The position numbers and the translations under genes are program-made. This document shows positions 49,606 through 60,700 of a DNA stretch of 64,000 nucleotides, piece by piece. The notes under the pieces are model-generated. The model did not search any database. It was given only the letters and a program-made list of their open reading frames with translations, and had not been told where the DNA came from. Location: positions 4,065,328 to 4,129,327 of the forward strand of contig BFEA01000004.1 in the NCBI GenBank assembly GCA_003427395.1, given 5' to 3'. This stretch comes from Chara braunii. Lineage: Eukaryota > Plantae > Charophyceae. Positions within the stretch are counted from its first letter, which is position 1, and each line of letters starts with the position of its first letter.

Positions 49606-49922
49606 ATAACAAGGTTAGTGCTAACGTAGCACCAACCTACCCCCTGCAAGGCCTGACGCTTATGCTCATGATGCTTCGTTGTTAGCCTTGGCCTTTCTGT
49701 GCCAGTGTGCCTTACTTGTGGTTGTGTAGGGTCATACTGCTATGTTTGAATAACCTGCCGTTAGGGTATGTCTCTTGTGGCAGCAGATATTCATTCTCGT
49801 ACAAACTGAGGCTATGTGTTGATGGCGTCTTTGACAGTTTTTGACTGGGTGACCGTGCCGTTTTGAGTGTTCTGGCTCTGTGACAAAGTCCTATGTTCTG
49901 GCCCATGCAAATGGGTATTGGG

Positions 49923-52152
49923 CAGGGCTGGTCCCCGGATGGACTGGGGACCCCTACCCCATCCGCGGTCCTCCCGGTTGGACCGGCCGGTGGCCCGGGT
50001 CGGTTCCCTCCCGGTTGGCCCCAGCTCATTTTCGTTGGGGCCTGAAGTTTTTTTTTTTTTGCCGGCGCGTATGTGTTCCCGAGGCCTCGTGGGGGTGGGA
50101 CCTGCCCCACAATTTTTAAAGTGGGTCCTGTAGGCCCGGATTTTTCAAGTCCAAAATGTGGCCAATCTTGGCCGCCGATCGTCACAGATCAGCGGCGAAG
50201 ATCGGCCAGGACCCTATTTCTTAAGAAAAACGGGCAGAGGATATCCGTCGCTGATCTTTGCAGATCAGCAGCGGAGAACCACCACACATTTTTCTTAAGA
50301 TGTGGGTCCGGTAGGCCCCTTCTCCACTTTGTCATCTTGTGGTCCAACAGACCAGTTTCCATTGGCAACATCTGATGCTCTTTCACCCTCAGCCACGAGG
50401 AGAACACTATGCTTGTGATGAGGCTCTGCTGAGATTATATCCTTCTGCAATGTCCCTGCGATCTGTGGAAAACGTTATGGGTTCGGATTTTGGAATTGTG
50501 ATGTCAGAGCTGTTCGAGGTGCAAGCCCAAGAATGGACCTAAGCTATATTCTTCTCTCTATCTATCTCGAATGGACCTTGCTCCACTACATGTATCTGGA
50601 CAGACTGCCAGGCAAGATACTTCCGGACTGATAACTCACCTTATGTAGAAACCAACAAACAGAAAATGCTCTGCCTCCACGAGCTGAAAGATGGTACCAT
50701 AACTCTTCTGCTGTCGAGGTATACTCTGGAAGAGCTATAACTTCTGGCAAGGACCTCCTCTCATCATATCTGGTTCAGCTCGTGGGGTATCAGTATCAAA
50801 TGACACACTCCACGAAGTGCTGCAGCCACGGGGGGGGCGGATAAGTGAACTTGCTTACTTGACCCCTCCCCGTGGAAGCCATAGTTGCCTGAATATGTCA
50901 AAGAAGCCCCCTGAAAAATATTGCACCCTGAAAATTTTATTGTGGATTCCGACATGCAAGGAAAAATAAGCAACAGCGAGATGACAATCCCAGATCACAC
51001 CATCACATCGCAAGCCAAATAGTCACACCGTGTCCAGAGAGCCGCATTGCACCAATAAAACACCAATGAAGGTTCATAGCACTGAAAACCAATGTCCATG
51101 GAGAGCATGATCTCTCCTCTCAACACAAGAGTCCAGTTCTACACACTCACACTTGGCGCTCAGCGCCCAGCCTACTCCAACACAGCTACTACAGACTACA
51201 AAAAGACAATGCAACTGTTGACATCAGCAGCAGCCCGAAGTACTTGGAGATGCCGCCCATGCAGACCATCGCCAATACAAGGTAAGTGCTCTCATATCAT
51301 CATCATCATCATCATCATCCTTCGCCTATCCCCTGACTTCACCCACACCTGTCCTCTCTGTCACCCGAAGACCACCCCTGCGCTTCACTTTAGTCCAAGC
51401 CCACCATCTATGGTGGCTGGGCTATGGCGCTGCCCTCGGCAGCGCCCTCCTCCTCTGCACGACCGCACGTGCTGCACCTCGCCTCTCAGCGCTAGCAGCA
51501 GCCTACGAGCATAAGCTCCAGCAGCGCTGCCGCCCAGCATGCGAGTGCCTGAATGAGGCTGCCTGGCCAGAGCTCTTTCCTTTATGGAAAAGAGCTGGCC
51601 AGCTCTCGCAGCCTGGCAGGGCTGGCCTGTGCCCAGAAGCTTCCGGAAGGCCCCAGGATGCTGCCTGGATGCAGCAGCTAGTGGGCTGCTGGGCCTCGTT
51701 CGGTTGGGCGCCCAACTGTCTCTGTATGAGGCTGCGAATCACGCCCAGGGCCTGCATTCTTTGGAAAGGCCGGGTAGGCCGTGGAAATGTCTTCGGTACT
51801 CGGCCTGTGTTTCTTTCAACCAACTGGCGCGTCGCAACTGCCTGGACCCCAAATATGAAATTGACAGTAGAGGGCCTCTTGCAAAAAGCCAGGCCCGCCT
51901 TCACTTAGGGCGGGCACATCCGCCTTCACTTAGGGCGGGTAAGGCTGCAGACAGGGCCCAGTAGGCCTACCGAGGACACTGCTCCTCGCAGACAGCTCTT
52001 GAAGAGCACAGTCAGAATCTGCCGAAAAAAAAAAAAGGAAGATATTTGGGCACTGTTTTTTCAAATCCGGTTTCCCGGTTCACCCCCCCTGGGCTGGTCC
52101 GGCTCCGGTTGGACCAGGGTAGTTCAACCGGCCGGTTGCCAGCCCAGCACTG
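49923..52152. mobile_element. 2.2-kb non-autonomous hAT-type element with internal cargo and nested LTR-like repeat
   Basis: TIR CAGGGCTGG / CCAGCACTG. Perfect 8-bp TSD GTATTGGG at 49915-49922 and 52153-52160. CCGG-rich subterminal repeats. Confidence 0.88.
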
Positions 52153-52159
52153 GTATTGG

Positions 52160-52525
52160 GTCAGTTTACGACCTCCAGGACCTGCGCATGGTTGGAACAA
52201 TCAACCATCGTGCACGTGGTTGAACTGTGTTGATGACATCTTTGACAGTTTCCAGGACCTGCACATGGTTGGAACAATCAACCATGAGCGTGCACATGGT
52301 TGAACTGTGTTGTTGACATCTTCGACAGTTTTTGACTGGTTGACCATGCCGGTGTGTGACAGAGTCCTATGTGGCCTAGCTGGTTATTCTGTGGACCATG
52401 CAAATGGGTATTGGGTCAGTTTCCGACTTCCAGGACCTGCGCATGGTAGGAACAATCAACCAGGAGCATGCACATGGTTGAGCTAGTTTGTTGGATTTGA
52501 CATTGCTCTGCTTCAGGACCATGCA
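52160..52525. repeat. Minisatellite of ~77-bp units with internal hairpin CATGGTTG..CAACCATG
   Basis: CCAGGACCTGC.CATGGT.GGAACAATCAACCA occurs three times, plus a partial copy. Confidence 0.85.
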
Positions 52526-53696
52526 CATGAGGTTTTCTTGGGACTCTGTCCCAGGGCTACAGGCTATTGAGATACTTTTGAGTTTCCTTGCTGTTTTTTT
52601 CTTTTTCTTTTTTGCAAAGTTTCCCCAGTTCTACGTCCACTGTTGTGCTCTATGCCTACTGAAGTTTGGGAAGCTCAGGTTGTCAACAAGTTTGCACATA
52701 TATAACAGCCTACCGCTTTTGTCACTTGTTGGGCACTGCAGCCCAGAGGAACTTTGGTCTGGATAAAGCCGGATGTGGTTGAATGATAGGGAACTTGTGC
52801 AGTGCTTTCTGTTGGAGAATGAGTGTATGAGTGTACTGTATACACAATATCCTTGGATTCCCTTTTGCAACCGAGCGTGTAGTTCGCAATACCAATATAC
52901 TATGACCACATCATCCGAATACTTTGGCTCTCAACCGGGAACCCACTGATAGCCAAAGTTGGCACGCTTTTTCTCTTGTGAACCGCCGCAGGCCTCTGCA
53001 TCACATGGGCTTGCTGGTCCAAGGCTCACCATACTCAATTGGACTCACTGAAATGACAATGTCAGACTGGTGGGGGAAGGGGTTTAATCTGGTCAACGAA
53101 AATGCCAAAGTGTTCGGGAATTAGAAACTAATTTTGCGAGTTTGGTGAGTAGTAGAGCGTGTGTGGTCCCTGCGCCAGCTTTGGATGGAAAATAGTGTCA
53201 AGCACGTGCATTGGGGCTGATTTTCAGATAGTACATAGTACTGTTGATAAGCAAGTCAAGCCACCAGCCCTCCAGCCCTCAAAAAAACTGAACCGTCGGG
53301 GGTGCGATCTTGCCAGCTGCTGGCAAGCATTCTCCTCTTGTAGGGACGAACGGCGATCTTGCCTTAGCTACGATCCGGACCACCAGACAGGGATTCGGAC
53401 CGTCTGTGGTCCGGGTCCGGATCTCGATCCGGATGTGTGGGCCCCAGCCCAACGGGCAAAATTTTTTTGGGTGGTCCAGGGCGTTTGTTCACGCCCTGGG
53501 CCGCCCCAAAAAAATGGTGCCTGTTTTTTTATCCCTCTCACCAACGATCCGGAAGGCCCGGAAAGTCTACCAGGGGGTTTGGTCACTTTGGTTTTGTTTC
53601 CTACCTGTGGCGCAAGTGTGCGGTGCACCTGGAGCAGTGCGGTGGTCACCAATGCGCAAAAAAAGAAAAAAGAAAAAAAGTCGCTGTTATGTGTGA

Positions 53697-53744
<48 letters not shown>

Positions 53745-54109
53745 NNNNNNNNNNNNNNNNNNNNNNNNNNNNNNNNNNNNNNNNNNNNNNNNNNNNNNNN
53801 NNNNNNNNNNNNNNNNNNNNNNNNNNNNNNNNNNNNNNNNNNNNNNNNNNNNNNNNNNNNNNNNNNNNNNNNNNNNNNNNNNNNNNNNNNNNNNNNNNNN
53901 NNNNNNNNNNNNNNNNNNNNNNNNNNNNNNNNNNNNNNNNNNNNNNNNNNNNNNNNNNNNNNNNNNNNNNNNNNNNNNNNNNNNNNNNNNNNNNNNNNNN
54001 NNNNNNNNNNNNNNNNNNNNNNNNNNNNNNNNNNNNNNNNNNNNNNNNNNNNNNNNNNNNNNNNNNNNNNNNNNNNNNNNNNNNNNNNNNNNNNNNNNNN
54101 NNNNNNNNN
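53745..54109. other. Assembly gap
   Basis: Run of N after (GA)n. Confidence 1.
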
Positions 54110-54550
54110 GGAAACGAAAGAAAGAGTTGGAATGAATCTTCTGCTAGAACATGGAACCATACGCCGCCATATGTTTTGTCTTTTGTGCAAGTAGTGACGA
54201 GTGGGGCAAGGCCGTTAGGGCTGCTGCTCGTAGGAAAATGAAACAAAAGAAAAGAGAGAGCTACGGTAGCAAGTAGTTGTAACTTGTGACCCATGCTGGA
54301 ATGTAGACCTGACTTCGGATCCAGAACACATATTGCTGGCCTGCTCCACTCTCACATGAAATTTGCCGAACGTCTCTTGAGATAGTGGACGCTTGCAGAT
54401 GCACTACTGGGGTCCTTCGGGAAAAAGACTATTCAATAAGGAATACGTGGGCCGATTTTTTTTTTCTTGTACTCCTCTGTCGTCCTCCTCTCTTCTTGTC
54501 TTCCTCCTCCTCGTCTCCTCCCCCTCCTTTTTGGGTTATTTATTTTTTAT

Positions 54551-54690
54551 TTGGTCCACTTCCCCATTAATGCATGTCATCTTGGCGCAGGGGCCATTCT
54601 AATCTTGTCCTTGGGACGTTCATTAACATTGGAAGGAGAAGATTAGCATGGCCCCTGCACATGGATGACACACTTTAACTGAGAAGTAGG
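54551..54690. pseudogene. U6: Head-to-head pair of U6 snRNA-derived copies (minus 54551-54606; plus 54607-54690)
   Basis: Plus copy GTCCTTGGGAC...ATTGGAAGGAGAAGATTAGCATGGCCCCTGCACATGGATGACAC lacks most of CGATACAG. Minus copy AAGATTAGAATGGCCCCTGCGCCAAGATGACATGC...GGACCAAAT. Confidence 0.85.
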
Positions 54691-54699
54691 AGTAGAGGC

Positions 54700-54760
<61 letters not shown>

Positions 54761-55199
54761 CTTCTTCTTCTTCTTCTTCTTCTTCCGGACAATATACGAG
54801 ATCCGGACCGGTCCGGAAATGCTGGAATATTCTGGTTTTCTGGAAGTCTGGATAGGCCCGGGAGGTCCGGGGTCCGGTCCGGCGTAGCTATGGATTTTAT
54901 ACAGTGTTAACCGGTGTGTCTACCCAAGGTAGCCGGGTAACGGTCCGGTGGTGTGGGCACAACTTCGGACAGGAAAAGGTGTCAAGCACCTGCCTTGGGG
55001 CTGAACGGCCGAGAATAAATGTCACTGTTAATAAAGAGATTTGATGAATAAATGTTTGTGGCATTTTCCGTTGCAAAAAACAGAAGTTGAGTCGAGGAAT
55101 GAATGATTGGGGGGTAAGACCCAAGCCTGGTGGATCCAGTCCTAGGGGGTCTGCCGTCTGCCCACCGGAGCATCCCAGGGTAAAGTGGATGAGGCACAG

Positions 55200-57470
55200 A
55201 TAATAATTTTGGGGGTGGCAATCTCGGCCCAAGGTAAACCACTCACTAATGGTAGATGGATATCCAAACCAGCCCTCGAAAGTATAAAAACTAAAACACC
55301 TTCCTCTTTGGGCGGCCTGGTCATCAATAAGATTATTGTGGCCTCCCTGTGGTAAAAATCGTCGATCTGGGCTTTAGGCAAGGAGGCAACTCGAGGCATG
55401 GAAAGCCAGCTGTCGCCTTTCCTCCGTCAAGGGGACCATGAAAAGCACAATGTGATCGATAGAGTAGCCTGGGACACCCTCACCCAACCAAAATCCGGGG
55501 AGGGCTGGGTCTCATAGACCCCGTAACGCAAACCAGGGCATTATCGGTGCAATGGATCAAAAGGCTGATCCTAAGTCACAACTTGCTGTGGAGGGAGCTG
55601 GCCATGGGACAGATCAGGCGGCGGGTTCCTCGCACTGGACACAACCGACCCATTCATCAGCAAATCCGCGGGCATGCCCTTCCCCTTGTGCCCACGGGGG
55701 GATGGGGGCAGCTAGGCAGGACCTGGCAAGTGACCCATTTTAGAGCACCTTGATAAGAATCTGGCACCGGTTGCCCCTCCTGGACCGACCCTCGCCCTCA
55801 CGTGATGAAGTCCTTTGTTGGCCACTCTATGGGAACAACAGGACATGGGACCAGGACACTAGGGAATGGAAGTAGTCCAAAAATTGACGCTGAGATACGC
55901 CCATCGCATCGAAGGCACCCTGGAACAGTTGAGCTTCTCGGTCCTGCTAACATGGGTTGTAACTGTGAGGAAAGGATCCACATTGCAGGAGTCAGACTGG
56001 GTAGCAGTAAGAATATCAGGCGACCCTCCCAGGATCAGCAACGTAGTAGAAACTAGACCTGGAGGAGCTCTTGTAGCATGTTTATACTCCACCGAGATGG
56101 CTTCCTATCAAGCCACAACCCAAATGTAACAGAATGGTGTCGTGAGGAGGAGCTCTTCTGTATCCAGGTACTCCTCCGCCTATCAGGAACAGGATGGCTG
56201 GCCCACCGCCCAGACCTCCCGATTTCAGCCCTTGCAGTGGACCCAGAGGAATGGACTTGGGAGAGTAAATCAAGACAGCAGTGCACACTCCAGTCCTTGA
56301 CAGACAAGGCAACTTACCGCATGCTCAGAACCCGGGTCGACATGCAGGCAGTAGTGAGGGACAGGTGGATGAGGCACCTCAACACAGGCAGGGATAGTTT
56401 CTGCAAAGTCAAGTGATTCCAGGGGATGAAGGACCACCCAGCCAAATTTTCCTCCCTGCAGTGGCAGATATTCATTGTTGCCTCCCCACCAATGACTGGC
56501 TAATTGACCACACCCACCTGGAACAAAAGGGTATAGCTCTGCCATGGTGCAAGAGGTGCCAAGAGTCATTCCCCAGCCGCAGAATCCGGGAGCATTGCAG
56601 TCCTTACATGGAGATGGCGGGACAAAATCTGGCACCAACTGGGGATGGGGAGGACTGGCCATGGGACTGGCAATGGCTGATGATGGGAGCCTGGCAAGAG
56701 TTGCCCCTCTCCACTTTCGCGGCCACCGGCCAACCTCCTCTCACTCGACAGAAAAGCGGTGCTTTGGGGGCTATGGTGGAGGTGCTGTGTTCATGCCATG
56801 GAAGGAGTCAAGGTAGATGGGATGGAGACCATTGAAACAATACAGCAATTCATCCACACAGAATTAAGATCCAAATGGAAAAGCAGACAGGAAAAGATGC
56901 ATTTTTCACACAACAGAGAGACGTCTAGAGCGCAATTACTGACTTCTGTACTGACTGGCTGGGGGGGTAGAATGGGGGATGGATGCCACTTGTGGGATGG
57001 GAACCCACTTGAAAAAGACTATACGCTCACCTTCCACGATTAGCTCCAGATTTACCTCGGAATCCCTCTTGAGCGTAACCCCACTTGAAAAAGACTATAC
57101 ACTCACCTTCCACGATTAGCTCCAGATTGACCTCGGAATCCCTCTGAGCGGCCCCGCGAAGTTCCTCGATATCCTCATCAGGGCCAGCCTTGGTAGATCT
57201 GCTGTGGTTTTAGACATTGTTATCATTGAATCATTCCATCACATATAAGGGACGCATCATTTCAGACATTGTCATTATTCAATCATTCCATCACATATTA
57301 GGGACGCTGGACCCATGTTCCAGCAGGTGCTGCTACCCATCAATCATCCCATCACATATTAGGGACGCTGGACCCATCCCCGGGCTAGTGCTGAGTGCCT
57401 GCATCGCCGTGTGTGCTATCACTGCTGCTAGCACACACGGCATATGTTAAAAAAACAAAAAGAAAAGAGT
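55200..57470 (+). mobile_element. 5'-truncated decayed L1-like LINE
   Basis: GGLVINKIIVASLW, RVAWDTLTQPKS(fs)GLGLIDP..RALSVQWIKRL, zf-RVT-like LPTNDWL...PWCKRC. A 75-bp duplication lies at 57002-57150 and an A-rich tail at ~57449-57468. Confidence 0.75.
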
Positions 57471-57704
57471 CAAGGAAAATGATAGAACGTGAGGACGAAG
57501 CAAGGTCCCACTTTTCCTGGCCATTGATGCTCATAAGCAATGGTCAGAAATGAAGACCTTGCCTCAGGGTCCAGGAACCTGGCCGTCAGTGCCGCCTTTC
57601 GCTGGAGGGCAAAAATGAAGGGAGGAAAGGCCCTAATTGTTTACTTTTGGCAGTGCAAACATTGGCAATCCCCCACCCAGCATGAGGACGCATATAGAGC
57701 CTGG

Positions 57705-60700
57705 TGTAATGACCCGACATAACACGGACTGAAAACACTGCTGATTTCTGAAGTTCTGCCGATGGAATGGATGCCTTGCTGATATTCCCGCATTCTGCTG
57801 AGTTTTCTAAGTCTATGTGTGTGTGTGCTTGTGACCTGTGTGCCTGTCTGAGTGCTTGTCGATATGAGTGTGTGTGTGACCCGCAAGGGTACTGGCTTGT
57901 TTGGCAGGCCCGTAGGGCCGGTACTTACCTGTGGCCGTGGCATTGAGGGTTGCAGCAGGGAAAACACTCAAGTAGCGGAGCTAGGGGCCCGCGGTGCTTA
58001 GAGCAGCAGAAAAACACTCAAGTAGCAGGTAGGCCGGTACCTCACCTAGTAGCAGTAGATGTGCCGGGTACTTGAGGCGGAACAGAAGAAGACGAAGTTG
58101 GCAATTTTAGAAGCGCAGAAGCGGTACGCTAGGTCAAGGCCGGTACCAGTCCATCCCATGAGTCTGGAGCCTGTACGGGCAATATCAGAGTCTGCAATGA
58201 TGTTTCCCTTCGAAAGGGAGGAGGTACTGTTTTTGGGAGGCCGAGCGGCCTAGAAGTTGCCGCCCAGGAGGCAAGCAGGCCGCTATATCAAGTGGCCGAG
58301 GGAAGAGCTCAGCCTCATTCTTCAGTGTGCAAGTTTGGCGACACGCTGCTGGAGCGCTGGCTGGAGTAGCGCTGGGTACTACAGCGCTGCTGGGAGGAAG
58401 AAGCCGGGAGCTTCCACCTTGGCTATGGTGGAGCTCTAGCGGTAGGAGGAGGAGGGAGAAGGGGACCAAGGAGGAGAGTGGCGAGGTACTTACCTGGCTA
58501 TGGCGGACACCATCTTCATAACCTTGTTAGGCGCTGCATCTGGAAGGCCCCCGTTGGAGTAGTGCCGCACCAAGGAAGCTCGGGGCAGAGATAGGCATGG
58601 CAGCCTAGTGAGCAGCCGCATAGATGCTTTGCGTTGTCCTTTGCACAGGGAGGCAACGACATAGCTGCTTTAGGTTGTCCTTTGGACAGGAGGGTAGAGC
58701 CCTCAGTGCTCCGCCATAGCCTCGGCCTGCATGTAGAGGAAGAGGAAGGGTGGCCATGGCTATGGTGGACCTCATGTTGTGCCTGCAATAGAAGTGGGAT
58801 TTGGACATTGATTCTGGCTCAGCCATTCAACATTATTATTGGTATTTCTTGTTTGAATAAGAGGGGAGGAGATAAGGAAGAGAAGATTGGTTGGCGAAGA
58901 AGAAGAGCCTCGTCATTGGCCTATGCTAGGGTACATCATCTTCTTCTTCTTTCTTACTTCTTCTTCTTCTTCTTTCCCTCTCTCTCCTCTCAAATTCATT
59001 CATTTCTTTTTGCAACTGGACGACATTGTACTTTCTGATGAATGTATACACTTCGAAATTGGCCAGGATCGTAACATTTGTATCGGAGCGGATTCTACTT
59101 GCTGGCGAGAGTTGACTTTGTCGCCATAAACCTAACCCTAGTGGTAAGGGTTAACCATTTAGGGTTACGGCTGGAAGTTAGGGTTAAATGGGGCAATGTG
59201 GTGAAGGGAAGCTGCCACCACCTGGCAGGGTCGTGTAGGGTCGACATTAGACTCGACCAGGTTGCTTGAGTGCATGTTTGTGGTGGCGAGACACAAGGTG
59301 GGACTTCGTGATCCAACTTGAGAGAGGCGACCTTCTTGCTTCTTCTTCTTCTTCTTCTTTCCCTCTCTCTCCTCTCAAATTCATTTAATTCTTTTTGCAA
59401 CCGGACGACATTGTACTTTTCTGATGAATGTATACACTTCGAAATTGGTCAGGATCGTAACATTGGTATCGGAGCAGATTCTACTTGCTGGCGAGAGTTG
59501 ACTTTGTCGCCATAAACCTAACCTTAGTGGTAAGGGCTAACCACTTAGGGTTACCGCTGGAAGTTAGGGTTAAATGGGGCAACGTGGTGAAGGGAAGCTG
59601 CCACCACCTGGCAGGGTCGTGTAGGATCGACATTAGACCCGACCAGGTTGCTTGAGTGCATGTTTGTGGTGGCGAGACACAAGGTGGGACTTCGTGATGC
59701 AACTTGAGAGAGGCGACAGTGAAGGGCACCTACAACTTGAACCTTGACTTCAAGGAAGACGACGAGTGACTTTGGGGCTCCCCTCAAGTTAGGCGAGCTT
59801 GAGGGTGGCAGCCATATCTGGGGTATTATGGGTTCTTCTTCCATCCTCCATGGTCTTGATCTTGTGTGAGGTGCGTGAACTGCTTACTCACGTGACGAGT
59901 GAATGAATGGAGTATCTTGCTTGCCATGCTTTATCTCTCTACAATGCTTTGTTTATTTCATTCTGAATGGCTGTAATCGTAGGTTCTTTCTGGGCTAAAA
60001 ATCGTTTTTCAATTCGGTAGGGGCAAGAAGTAGGTCTTTGTGGAACTCTGGTTGGTTGGGACCCGGTTTTGACTCCACTAGGACCATTTGGGACTCGGTG
60101 GGACTGGGCCCAAACAAGAAGGGCCCCTCAGGCCCAAATCTGTAGACGTCAGTTACCTCGCTCTATCTGATTGGGACTCGGAGTTCATGCTTTCGGACCA
60201 GGACACTCGCTGCTGAGGGGATCTCAGCTGAGACGTTTTATCAGACTTTACCGCACGACCGCCTGACTGGCACCTTGGACACCACTCAGTTCTCTCTTGC
60301 ATTTACGTATTACACTTTGAATTTGATTTGTTGTGTCTTCACAGAGCTAAGCCCGGTTAGGCTTGAGAGAACCTCGCATGTGGCCGGACCAGACTGTGTG
60401 GCGGAATCAGATCTCTCTGATCTTTATTTCTTGTTCTGACTGCTCTCCAGTCCAAATAAATTGCCACTCCGGCTAGGAGTTCCACCTCTTCTGATTGATT
60501 TCAAGTTGTTTCTTTCATTGGGTTCGTTAAATGCCTGCGTGTACACGACCGCAAATGAGAGAGCGAGAGAAGAGAGAAGCTTCAGAGTGTTGCTCTTGAG
60601 GGAGTGAGGAGAGGGAAGAGAGGGAAGAGGAGCTTTCGTCCCAGAAGTGTGAGGAAGTACGGACCCCTCTTGAGAGACTTATTAACACCCTCATCCTCCA

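Larger units (their letters stand above)
53363..54892. mobile_element. Second member of the TCCGGAC-subterminal hAT-type family; contains a gap, a MITE and the U6 pair
   Basis: Ends CTTAGCTACGATCCGGAC / CCGGCGTAGCTATG resemble 32406-33669. Flanks GATCTTGC / GATTTTAT match at 5 of 8. It spans an N gap, so contiguity is unproven. Confidence 0.55.

Noticed and set aside
53159-54294. ORFs spanning the N gap
   Set aside because: Artefacts of translating through Ns.
59125-59195. Telomere-like AAACCTAACCCTAG / TTAGGG motifs
   Set aside because: Scattered single motifs within an LTR duplication, not an array.
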